From Steroidobacteraceae bacterium (GTDB lineage: Bacteria > Pseudomonadota > Gammaproteobacteria > Steroidobacterales > Steroidobacteraceae), in contig DASXFY010000018.1 of NCBI GenBank assembly GCA_036489335.1, positions 337-64,336 on the forward strand: DNA of 64,000 nucleotides, given 5' to 3'. The position numbers and the translations under genes were made by a program. Of the stretch, positions 56,907 through 64,000 are shown one piece after another (the first letter of the stretch is position 1; every line of letters begins with the position of its first letter). The notes under the pieces were generated by a model that saw nothing but the letters and a program-made list of their open reading frames with translations, searched no databases and was not told the origin of the DNA.

Positions 56907-57375
56907 GACCATGGATCTCAACCGCCAGCTCGGATTCCTGCTCAAGGACACGAGCCGCCGCTATACGCGGCGCTTCGAGGAGCGGGCGCAGGCGCTTTCG
57001 CTCACCCTGCCGCAGTGCCGCGCGCTGCTTCATCTGGAGAACAACGAGGGCGTGAGCCAGAAGCGGCTGTCGGAGCTGACGGAGCTCGATCCGATGGCCC
57101 TGGTGCGGATCCTCGATCGGATGGAGGCGGATGGCTGGGTGCAGCGGCGCTTCGATCCGGCGGATCGGCGGGCCCACACCTTATGGCTGACCCCGAAGGC
57201 CAAGCCCGTTCTCGACCACATTGCTCATGTCATCACCGAAACGCGTGCCGAGACGCTGCACGGACTGTCGAACGAGGAGCGTGCCAGGCTGATAGAGCTG
57301 TTGGAGCGTGTCCATGCCAATCTGGCGGCGCTCGCACCCCTTGCCCCGGAGAAATCGCAGAGGTCGTCACGATGA
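56905..57375 (+). CDS. MarR-family transcriptional regulator
   Basis: MTMDLNRQLGFLLKDTSRRYTRRFEERAQALSLTLPQCRALLHLENNEGVSQKRLSELTELDPMALVRILDRMEADGWVQR. ATGA overlap with the next gene. Confidence 0.9.
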   Translation: MTMDLNRQLGFLLKDTSRRYTRRFEERAQALSLTLPQCRALLHLENNEGVSQKRLSELTELDPMALVRILDRMEADGWVQRRFDPADRRAHTLWLTPKAKPVLDHIAHVITETRAETLHGLSNEERARLIELLERVHANLAALAPLAPEKSQRSSR

Positions 57376-58511
57376 GTGCTACCACCGCCCGCAGCACTGA
57401 GCCTGCCCGGGAGCTGCCGCGCGGTGATGCGCCGGCACCGCTGAGGCCCGAGGGCCTAGAGCCCGCGGCCGCGAAATCCCTGCGCGAGCGCTTGCGCCTG
57501 CCGCTCATGTGGGGGGTGCCGCTTCTCATGGCGGCGGCTGGTTCGTACATTTACCTCACGGGCGGACGCTATCAGTCGACGGAAGATGCGTATCTGCGTG
57601 CCGCGGAGGTGGCGATCAGCACCAACGTGTCCGGGCGCGTCAGCGAGGTCGACGTACACGATAACGAGCAGGTGCACCGCGGCCAGGTACTCTTTCGTCT
57701 GGATGACCGCCCTTTCCGGATCGCCGTCGAGGCGGCGCGGGCGCGCCTGCAGGGGGCGCGACTGCAGGTCGAGTCGCTGAAGGCGGACTATCGCCAGCGG
57801 CTCGCGGATCAGCGCTCCGCCCAAAGCGCGCTCGTCTACGCGCAGCGCGAATACCAGCGTGAGTCGCGGCTCCTCGCCAGCGGTATCGCGTCCCAGTCGC
57901 AGGTGGACAAGGCGCTGCTCGCCCGCAGTGAGGCGCAGCAGGGCGTGGCGGCGGCGGGACAGCAGATCACCGGCTCGGTCGCCAAGCTCGGTGGCCAACC
58001 GGACATCGCCGTGGATATTCATCCGCTGGTGGAGCAGGCGCAGGCCGCCCTCGATCGGGCGCTGCTCGATCTTTCCTATGCGACCGTCAGTGCGTCTGCC
58101 GACGGCATCGTGACCGGCGTCGACCACCTGCAGGCCGGCAGCTATCTGGCGGCCGCGATGCCCGCATTCGTGCTGGTCTCGACGCGCGATGTCTGGGTGG
58201 AGGCTGATTTCAAGGAGGATCAGCTCGCGCACATGCGTCCCGGCGATTCCGCCTCGGTGAAGATCGATGCCTATCCCGACCATACCTTCCAGGCAGTGGT
58301 GGCGAGCATCACGCCGGGCACGGGCTCGGAGTTTTCGGTTCTGCCGCCGGAGAACGCCACCGGCAATTGGGTGAAAGTCGTGCAGCGACTCGACGTTCGG
58401 CTTCGCCTCGAAGGAAGTCTGCCGGCGGTGCGCTCCGGGCTGAGCGCGACGGTCACCGTCGATACCCGGCCGCGCGCAACCGACCGTCCCGCGGACGGTG
58501 TGGGCACTTGA
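57372..58511 (+). CDS. HlyD-family membrane fusion protein (EmrA-like)
   Basis: N-terminal TM segment. Contains STEDAYLRAAEVAISTNVSGRVSEVDVHDNEQVHRGQVLFRLD, a coiled-coil hairpin, and NATGNWVKVVQRLDVRL. Confidence 0.9.
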   Translation: MSATTARSTEPARELPRGDAPAPLRPEGLEPAAAKSLRERLRLPLMWGVPLLMAAAGSYIYLTGGRYQSTEDAYLRAAEVAISTNVSGRVSEVDVHDNEQVHRGQVLFRLDDRPFRIAVEAARARLQGARLQVESLKADYRQRLADQRSAQSALVYAQREYQRESRLLASGIASQSQVDKALLARSEAQQGVAAAGQQITGSVAKLGGQPDIAVDIHPLVEQAQAALDRALLDLSYATVSASADGIVTGVDHLQAGSYLAAAMPAFVLVSTRDVWVEADFKEDQLAHMRPGDSASVKIDAYPDHTFQAVVASITPGTGSEFSVLPPENATGNWVKVVQRLDVRLRLEGSLPAVRSGLSATVTVDTRPRATDRPADGVGT

Positions 58512-60010
58512 GTCAGTCGCGGCATCGCGCGCTCATCACTGCCTCCGTCACGCTCGCCACCGTGCTGCAGGCGGTGGATACCACCATTGCCAACGTCGCG
58601 CTGCCGCACATCGGCGGCAATCTCTCCGCATCACTCGAGCAGATGGACTGGGTGCTCACTTCCTACATCGTGGCGGCGGCCATCATGACGCCGCTCTCGG
58701 GGTGGCTGGCCGGGCGCTACGGCCGCAAGCGGGTGTTGGTCGTGTCGGTCGTCGGCTTCACCGTCAGCTCCATGCTGTGCGGCATGGCGCAGTCCATCGA
58801 TCAGATCGTCTTCTTCCGTGTGCTGCAGGGGCTGTCAGGCGCCGGCCTCGTGCCGCTGTCGCAGGCGGTGCTGCTCGACATCAATCCACCCGAGCGGCAC
58901 GGGCGCGCCATGGCCCTCTGGGGTCAGGGCGTGGTGCTCGGGCCGATGCTGGCGCCAGTGCTCGGCGGCTGGCTGACCGACAACTACAGCTGGCGCTGGG
59001 TGTTCTACATCAACGTGCCGTTCGGCATCCTTTCGGCCATCGGTCTCATCGCCTTCGTGAGCGAAACGAAGACCCGCCGCACGCGCTTCGACTTTCTCGG
59101 CTTCAGTGCGCTCAGCCTCGCGGTCGGCGCGCTGCAGATTCTGCTCGATCGCGGTGAGCTGCGTGACTGGTTCGGCTCGACGGAGATCTGGCTCGAGACC
59201 GGCATCGCCGTCGGCGCCCTCTACGTGTTCTTCGTGCACACGCTGACGGCGCGTGAGCCCTACATCAGCCTCGCTCTGTTCAAGGACGCCAATTTCTCGA
59301 TGGGAAACCTGCTGGTGTTCGTCGTGGGCGTCGTGCTCTTCGCGACGCTCGCGCTGCTGCCGCCGCTGCTCGAGAGCCTCATGGGCTATCCGGTGCTCAC
59401 CTCGGGCATCGCGATGGCACCGCGGGGATTTGGCAGCTTCATCTCCATGTATATCGCCGGCAGGCTCATCGGTCGCGTCGATACGCGACTGTTGATCGGC
59501 ATCGGCATTGCGGTGACAGCCGCCTCGCTCGAGATGATGTGCGGCTATTCGACTCTCATGCCGCAGACTCTCGTCTGGTCGACCACGTTCCTTCAGGGTC
59601 TCGGCACCGGCCTCACCTACGTCACGCTCACCACCGTGGCATTCGCGACTCTCGGCGTACAATACCGTTCCGAGGGCACGTCGATGTTCAATCTGCTGCG
59701 CAACGTGGGCAGCAGCATCGGCATTGCCGCAACCGGAGCGCTTCTGACGCGCAACACACAAGTCATGCATGAGCGTCTTGCGGCTCATATTCTACCCTGG
59801 GGCGGCCAGATCCAGCTCCAGGCGCCGTTCAGCTTCAGCGCGCCTGCCGGCCTCGCCGCGCTGAATGCGGCCGTGACCCGGCAAGCGCAGATGATCGCCT
59901 ACAACGATGACTTCAAGCTCATGTTCGTGATGACGCTGGCATTGATTCCCCTGGTCCTGCTGCTGCGACCCGCCAGGTCCCGCCCGCGGGAACCGGCGGT
60001 GATGGAGTGA
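58508..60010 (+). CDS. DHA2-family MFS efflux pump (EmrB/QacA-like, 14 TM)
   Basis: TTG start overlapping the upstream stop. Contains LQAVDTTIANVALPHIGGNLSAS...WVLTSYIVAAAIMTPLSGWLAGRYGRKRV. Confidence 0.9.
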   Translation: MSQSRHRALITASVTLATVLQAVDTTIANVALPHIGGNLSASLEQMDWVLTSYIVAAAIMTPLSGWLAGRYGRKRVLVVSVVGFTVSSMLCGMAQSIDQIVFFRVLQGLSGAGLVPLSQAVLLDINPPERHGRAMALWGQGVVLGPMLAPVLGGWLTDNYSWRWVFYINVPFGILSAIGLIAFVSETKTRRTRFDFLGFSALSLAVGALQILLDRGELRDWFGSTEIWLETGIAVGALYVFFVHTLTAREPYISLALFKDANFSMGNLLVFVVGVVLFATLALLPPLLESLMGYPVLTSGIAMAPRGFGSFISMYIAGRLIGRVDTRLLIGIGIAVTAASLEMMCGYSTLMPQTLVWSTTFLQGLGTGLTYVTLTTVAFATLGVQYRSEGTSMFNLLRNVGSSIGIAATGALLTRNTQVMHERLAAHILPWGGQIQLQAPFSFSAPAGLAALNAAVTRQAQMIAYNDDFKLMFVMTLALIPLVLLLRPARSRPREPAVME

Positions 60011-60014
60011 AACG

Positions 60015-61508
60015 GTGAGCTTTGACCTCAATCGCGGTCGAGCAGCCGCGGCCGGTTCCGGTCTGGCCGCGGCTGCTCTGCTTTGTGCCTGCACAGTTGG
60101 ACCCAACTTTCACCGTCCGGCCGCGCCGAACACCTCGGCATACCGGCCGGCGGGAGATTCCAATCCCATCGATACGGCCGCCGCGGCTGCCGAGCGGCAG
60201 GCGCCGGCGACCGGCCGCTATGCGCAGCGGATCGTGCTCGGTGCGCCCGCCGTGCCTGAGTGGTGGACGATCTTTGATTCGCAGCCGCTCGATGAGCTGG
60301 TGCGGCGCGCCATCGCCGACAATCGCGACCTTGCCGCCGACAAGGCAACGCTCGCGCAGGCGCAGGAACTGGTGGCGGCGCAGACCGGCCGGCTCTTCCC
60401 ACAGGTGGGCCTGGTGGCCGGCACCGGACGGCAGCAGTATGGCAAGCAGTTCCTCGGCTCGCTGGTTCCCCACGTCGCCCCTTTCACCTACGAGTCATTC
60501 GGCGCGACTGTCAGCTACACGCTCGACTACGATGGCGCCACTGCGCGCTCGATCGAAGAGCAGAAGGCGCTCGAGCAGTACGAGCGCAGTGAGTTGGATG
60601 CCGCACGGTTGACGCTGACAGGGGATGTGGCTTCGGAAGCAGTCGTCATCGCAGCCGCGCGGGGCGAGATCCGAGCGGCTGCGGAGCTGCTGGCAGAGGA
60701 CCGCAACAACGTGAGGCTGGTGCGTACGGCATTCGCCAACGGCTCGGTGTCGAAGCTCGATGTGCTGACCGCGCAAAGCCAGTTGGCAGGCGATCAGGCG
60801 CTGCTGCCTCCGCTGTACCAGCAGCTCGCCGTAGCGCGGCACGCTCTCGCCGTCCTGCTCGGCGATCCTCCGGCGCAGTGGTCACAGCCGGACTTCGAGC
60901 TCGCCGGGCTGCGGCTGCCACCGCAGCTCCCGGTCAGTGTGCCCTCGCGGCTGGTTCGCCGTCGCCCCGACATTCTGGCGGCGGAGGCACAGCTGCACGC
61001 CGCCACCGCCGCGGTCGGAGTCGCGACCGCGAATCTCTATCCGCAGATCGCCTTGACTGCGACGCTCGGTCAGCAGGCGCTGACGCCATCGAAGCTCTTC
61101 GATGCCTCTTCCGCGGCGTGGTCGCTGATCGGAGGCTTGACGCAGCCGCTGTTCGAAGGCGGAACGCTGCGTGCCGAGAAGCGGGCGTCGCTGGATGCGC
61201 TGCACGCCAGCGCGGAGCGCTACCAGCAGGTCGTACTCGATTCGTTCGGTCAGGTCGCCGATCTCCTCGATGCTCTGGATCACGACGCGCAACTCGTTGC
61301 CGCCGAGGCGAACGCCAGGGATACCTCACAGGCGAGCCTGGAGCTTGCGCGGCAGAGCTACCAGGCAGGCAACACAGGCATCCTCCAGGTTCTCGATGCT
61401 CAGCGTGAGCGTCAGCGTGCCGAGCTCGGGTTTCTGCAGGCCCAGTCGCATCAGTACCTGGATACCATCCAATTGCTGCTGGCGGTGGGCGGCGGCCCCC
61501 TCACCTGA
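60015..61508 (+). CDS. Efflux outer-membrane factor lipoprotein (NodT family)
   Basis: Lipobox LLCAC. Two OEP repeats (LTAQSQLAGDQALLP..., RPDILAAEAQLHAATAAVGVATANLYP). Confidence 0.9.
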   Translation: MSFDLNRGRAAAAGSGLAAAALLCACTVGPNFHRPAAPNTSAYRPAGDSNPIDTAAAAAERQAPATGRYAQRIVLGAPAVPEWWTIFDSQPLDELVRRAIADNRDLAADKATLAQAQELVAAQTGRLFPQVGLVAGTGRQQYGKQFLGSLVPHVAPFTYESFGATVSYTLDYDGATARSIEEQKALEQYERSELDAARLTLTGDVASEAVVIAAARGEIRAAAELLAEDRNNVRLVRTAFANGSVSKLDVLTAQSQLAGDQALLPPLYQQLAVARHALAVLLGDPPAQWSQPDFELAGLRLPPQLPVSVPSRLVRRRPDILAAEAQLHAATAAVGVATANLYPQIALTATLGQQALTPSKLFDASSAAWSLIGGLTQPLFEGGTLRAEKRASLDALHASAERYQQVVLDSFGQVADLLDALDHDAQLVAAEANARDTSQASLELARQSYQAGNTGILQVLDAQRERQRAELGFLQAQSHQYLDTIQLLLAVGGGPLT

Positions 61509-61529
61509 GCCGCATGGGCGTTTCAGGTC

Positions 61530-61799
61530 TCAGAGCCGGCCGCTGCGTCGGTTCTTGTCGATGATGCCGACGATGATGATCACGAAAGCCACGAGGCGTA
61601 TCACGTAGGCATACGCCTGCCGTGCTTCATCCGCCGGATGGTTGATTACAGCCAGCACCGTCCAGTTGACGGCCATGCCCATGAAGGCGAGGGAGAAGAA
61701 GGCGAACAGCCGCTCGCGGCTGGCGCGCCAGTAGCGCAGGAAGAAGAGCGCCGCCACCAGACTCGCCATCGCCAGCACGCCCCAGGCAAATATTCTCAT
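61530..61799 (-). CDS. Small 3-TM membrane protein (DUF5985-like), paralog B
   Basis: 89 aa. Contains LVAALFFLRYWRASRERLFAFFSLAFMGMAVN, which aligns by eye with paralog A. Confidence 0.7.
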   Translation of the reverse strand: MRIFAWGVLAMASLVAALFFLRYWRASRERLFAFFSLAFMGMAVNWTVLAVINHPADEARQAYAYVIRLVAFVIIIVGIIDKNRRSGRL

Positions 61800-61808
61800 G
61801 GCGGCGCG

Positions 61809-62069
61809 CTACCGGGTTTCCCAGACGAGTCCGAACACGAGCAGCAGCATGCCCGCCAGCGCCACGCCGGTGCGATACCAGAAGAGATCCGGTAGGGCGG
61901 GCAGTATGACCAGGTCGAAGTAGAGGATGACGTTGTCGACTGCCAGGAGGAGGAAGGCGAGACTGGCCCAGAAGAGCAGGCGCGTGCGGTTGGCGCGGTA
62001 GCCGCGGTAGAGCAGCACCGCGCAGAGGATGCCGGTGAGCGCGCACAGGATGTAAATCGACTCAGCCAC
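61809..62069 (-). CDS. Small 3-TM membrane protein (DUF5985-like), paralog A
   Basis: 86 aa. GTG start inside the upstream gene (8-nt overlap). Contains ILCAVLLYRGYRANRTRLLFWASLAFLLLAVDN. Confidence 0.7.
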   Translation of the reverse strand: MAESIYILCALTGILCAVLLYRGYRANRTRLLFWASLAFLLLAVDNVILYFDLVILPALPDLFWYRTGVALAGMLLLVFGLVWETR

Positions 62070-62484
62070 GGGGGTCGTCCTTCTTCTTGTTCAGCACGAA
62101 AGCGTCGGCGAATGTGTGCAGCGCGGCAGTGCGCAAGCGCTCGATCGCATTCGCGCTCATGAGCTGGATGATCCGGATCGGCCGCTCCAGGTATTCCTGA
62201 GCGAGACGGCCGGCGGCCGCGTCCATACCCGAGCTGGTCGGCCGATAGGCGAAGCGAGGCGCGGGGGTCGCGGCGCTGACCGCCGCCAGTCCACCCGCCC
62301 GGAGGCCCTCGAGCGCCGCGCCGATGAGCTCTTCGCGCACGTGCAGGCGGGCGGCAAGGCCTGCAATCGTCCATTCCTCATAGCGCTCACGCCGCAGCAG
62401 CAGCAGCACCTCGAGCTGTTCGTAGGATTCGATGTGCTCGTGAAGCAGCGAGCGCACATCGTCGGGCAGATCGCCTGCAGTCAC
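62062..62484 (-). CDS. Hypothetical soluble protein with wHTH-like N-terminal half
   Basis: 140 aa. Contains SYEQLEVLLLLRRERYEEWTIAGLAARLHVREELIGAALEGLRAGGL. First gene of a tightly packed three-gene unit. Confidence 0.65.
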   Translation of the reverse strand: MTAGDLPDDVRSLLHEHIESYEQLEVLLLLRRERYEEWTIAGLAARLHVREELIGAALEGLRAGGLAAVSAATPAPRFAYRPTSSGMDAAAGRLAQEYLERPIRIIQLMSANAIERLRTAALHTFADAFVLNKKKDDPRG

Positions 62485-62529
62485 GAAGCCCGGAAGCGCG
62501 ATAGGGCGAGCCGGCTCCGGATGTGAAAG

Positions 62530-62563
62530 CGCCCGCCGTCGGCCTTGCGGCCGGCGGCGGGCG
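62530..62563 (-). terminator. 15-bp GC-rich hairpin downstream of the SPOR lipoprotein gene
   Basis: CGCCCGCCGTCGGCC-ttgc-GGCCGGCGGCGGGCG (one mismatch / G-U pair). Followed on the minus strand by CUUUCACAU. It lies 31 nt past the stop at 62594. Confidence 0.5.
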
Positions 62564-62593
62564 ATGAGAGACGAGTAACGGAGCGGTCGAGCG

Positions 62594-63262
62594 TCAGGCA
62601 GCGCTCTTGACGACTTCGCAGTGCTGGTGAGCCTTACGCAGCTTGGCGCAGGCGGCCTTGGCAGCGTCTTGCGTCATCGGTGCGGAGCGGATCTCGGTGG
62701 TCTTCGACTTGCCGCTGGGCGGCACTTCCACGACGTCCTGCAGATCGCTGCCGTACTTGTCCTTCAGGCGCTGGGCGAGCTTGTCGGCCACAGTCTTCGA
62801 GCGGCTCGAGCCGAGCAGCGCCTGGTAGCCCGTCAGCGTCTTCAGAGCGGCCTGGGCGTCGGAGGCGTGTGGAGAATTCGGATATTTCTGCAGGAAATCC
62901 TGATATCCGGCGGCGGTATTGCCCGACTGCGCGGTCTGCCAGGCGGCATCCTGTTGCAGGCCGTTGACCTTGTCCTGCGCATCGGCGGCATGCATTCCGT
63001 TCGGCGCCTGCTGCAGATACTGCTGGTAGGCATCGAGGGTGTTGGCGCTCTGAGCGGTCGCCCAGGCCTGCTCGTCCTGCAGGGCGTTGATCCGGTTGTG
63101 AGCCTGCGCGACCCGTGAATCATCCGGGTGCTGCTGGATGAACTGCTGATACGCAGCTACCGTATTGCTCTGGTTCGCCTTCTGCCAGTCGGCGGTGGGA
63201 TTGCTGCAGGCCGCGAGCGCACCCGCCGCGATGACGCAGAGAACGAGAAATGACTTCTTCAC
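62594..63262 (-). CDS. Lipoprotein with three tandem ~40-aa repeats and a C-terminal SPOR-like domain
   Basis: GTG at 63262 with GGAGG 6 nt upstream. Lipobox ALAAC. The repeat pattern is AW-TAQS-NT---Y--FL---P. The C-terminus IRSAPMTQDAAKAACAKLRKAHQHCEVV is SPOR-like. Confidence 0.75.
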   Translation of the reverse strand: MKKSFLVLCVIAAGALAACSNPTADWQKANQSNTVAAYQQFIQQHPDDSRVAQAHNRINALQDEQAWATAQSANTLDAYQQYLQQAPNGMHAADAQDKVNGLQQDAAWQTAQSGNTAAGYQDFLQKYPNSPHASDAQAALKTLTGYQALLGSSRSKTVADKLAQRLKDKYGSDLQDVVEVPPSGKSKTTEIRSAPMTQDAAKAACAKLRKAHQHCEVVKSAA

Positions 63263-63457
63263 CGCAAACCTCCGAGCAAACAGCAACATATGATGTGAAA
63301 CAGTAAACCGGTAAGTTACCTCAAATGATGAAAATTTTGCAAGTTCCATGACCTAGAGGAATGCCGTGCGAGTGGCTCTCGGTGAGCGCCCGGTTTTCGG
63401 GTACCACTGCGCGGCGGAGCGGCAAAGGTCCGGCTCAGGCCGGGTCCGCCAACCGGC

Positions 63458-64000
63458 TCATGCGGCGCTCTCCGCGCTGTAGCGGGCGAGCAGCCCGGTC
63501 CGCAGGGCGTAGCGGAATACCCGCGAGAAGAAATATGCCGCGAGCAGTATGTCGAGCAGCGCGATCACGGCCCCGACGGCCAGGCCCGCGGCCGAGAAGG
63601 GCCGCCCGGCCAACACTGCGCGCATGCCCTCGAAGACATAAGTCGGTGGCAGCAGATGTCCGAGCACCTGCATCCAGCGAGGCAGTGTCGCGAGCGGGTA
63701 GAAGACGCCGACGAACGGCGACAGCAGCGCAGGCAGCGGCCAGACCAGCCATTCCGATGCCGGTCCGAGGCGCAGCACGAGCCCGCTCGCCAGAATGCCG
63801 AGCGCAATCCCGAAGCCGAACAGCACCAGGAGGAACGGGACGAGCAGGACGCCGAGCGAGAAGAACGGCAGGCCGAAGACCGCGGTCGCCAGCACGAGCA
63901 TCACCGCCAGGCCCACCGCGCTCGTCGCCACGCTGGTGATCACCAGCCCGAGGATGTATTCCGAGATCGTGAGCGGCGTCGCGAACAGGTTGAGGAAGTT
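63458..64000 (-). CDS. ABC-2-type transporter permease (partial, N-terminus beyond window edge)
   Basis: The frame stays open to the window end. Hydrophobic segments, and ...LATLPRWMQVLGHLLPPTYVFEGMRAVL, typical of the C-terminal region of ABC-2 permeases. Confidence 0.8.
   Translation of the reverse strand, partial: NFLNLFATPLTISEYILGLVITSVATSAVGLAVMLVLATAVFGLPFFSLGVLLVPFLLVLFGFGIALGILASGLVLRLGPASEWLVWPLPALLSPFVGVFYPLATLPRWMQVLGHLLPPTYVFEGMRAVLAGRPFSAAGLAVGAVIALLDILLAAYFFSRVFRYALRTGLLARYSAESAA

Overview
GC-rich chromosomal segment with strong GC3 codon bias, from a Gram-negative, probably proteobacterial, heterotroph. The taxon cannot be fixed by eye. All functional calls come from motif and family recognition on the supplied translations and on my own hand translations; no searches were run.

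I support about 55 intact protein genes, 5 disrupted genes, one small IS-derived element, several operator-like palindromes and a few stem-loops. I saw no rRNA, tRNA or CRISPR array.

Layout:
- 1-4.6 kb: a decayed mobile/defence islet. It holds an AbiE-like nucleotidyltransferase plus wHTH pair, a transposase N-terminal stub, an intact VapBC with a nested-palindrome operator, an ORF6N/KilA-N-type gene split by a 629-bp element with 26-bp inverted ends, and a frameshifted LysR gene.
- 4.7-28 kb: regulators, glycogen phosphorylase, a TonB-dependent receptor, a 329-aa orphan ORF, a LytTR two-component pair, a secreted lipase, a frameshifted Rieske oxygenase, an MFS transporter, an MmyB regulator and a CMD-family protein, DUF3943, an RRM RNA-binding protein, a coiled-coil FHA protein and a multiply broken SDR gene.
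- 28.5-37.6 kb: an extracellular proteolysis to amino-acid catabolism block (two sedolisins, an S9 peptidase, an APC permease, a PLP dehydratase).
- 38-41 kb: purine salvage.
- 41-47 kb: miscellaneous (creatininase, SRPBCC, SatP, YfcG, GGT).
- 47-57 kb: a minus-strand run (PAS kinase, a DUF938-M20 fusion ORF, a CPBP protease, ABC-F, YbiI, GlpK, TreA).
- 57-61.5 kb: a MarR / EmrA-like / EmrB-like / OMF efflux operon.
- 61.5-62.5 kb: a three-gene module of unknown function (wHTH-like protein plus two paralogous small membrane proteins), followed by a SPOR lipoprotein and a partial ABC-2 permease.

Most interesting observations:
- A translationally coupled sedolisin pair whose upstream member has lost three of four catalytic residues.
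- The wHTH plus 2x small-membrane-protein module.
- An in-frame DUF938 methyltransferase / signal peptide / M20 peptidase fusion ORF.
- The IS-split ORF6N gene and the 31-bp perfect palindrome in the AbiE-like locus.
- A set of frameshifted genes, two of them at homopolymer runs.
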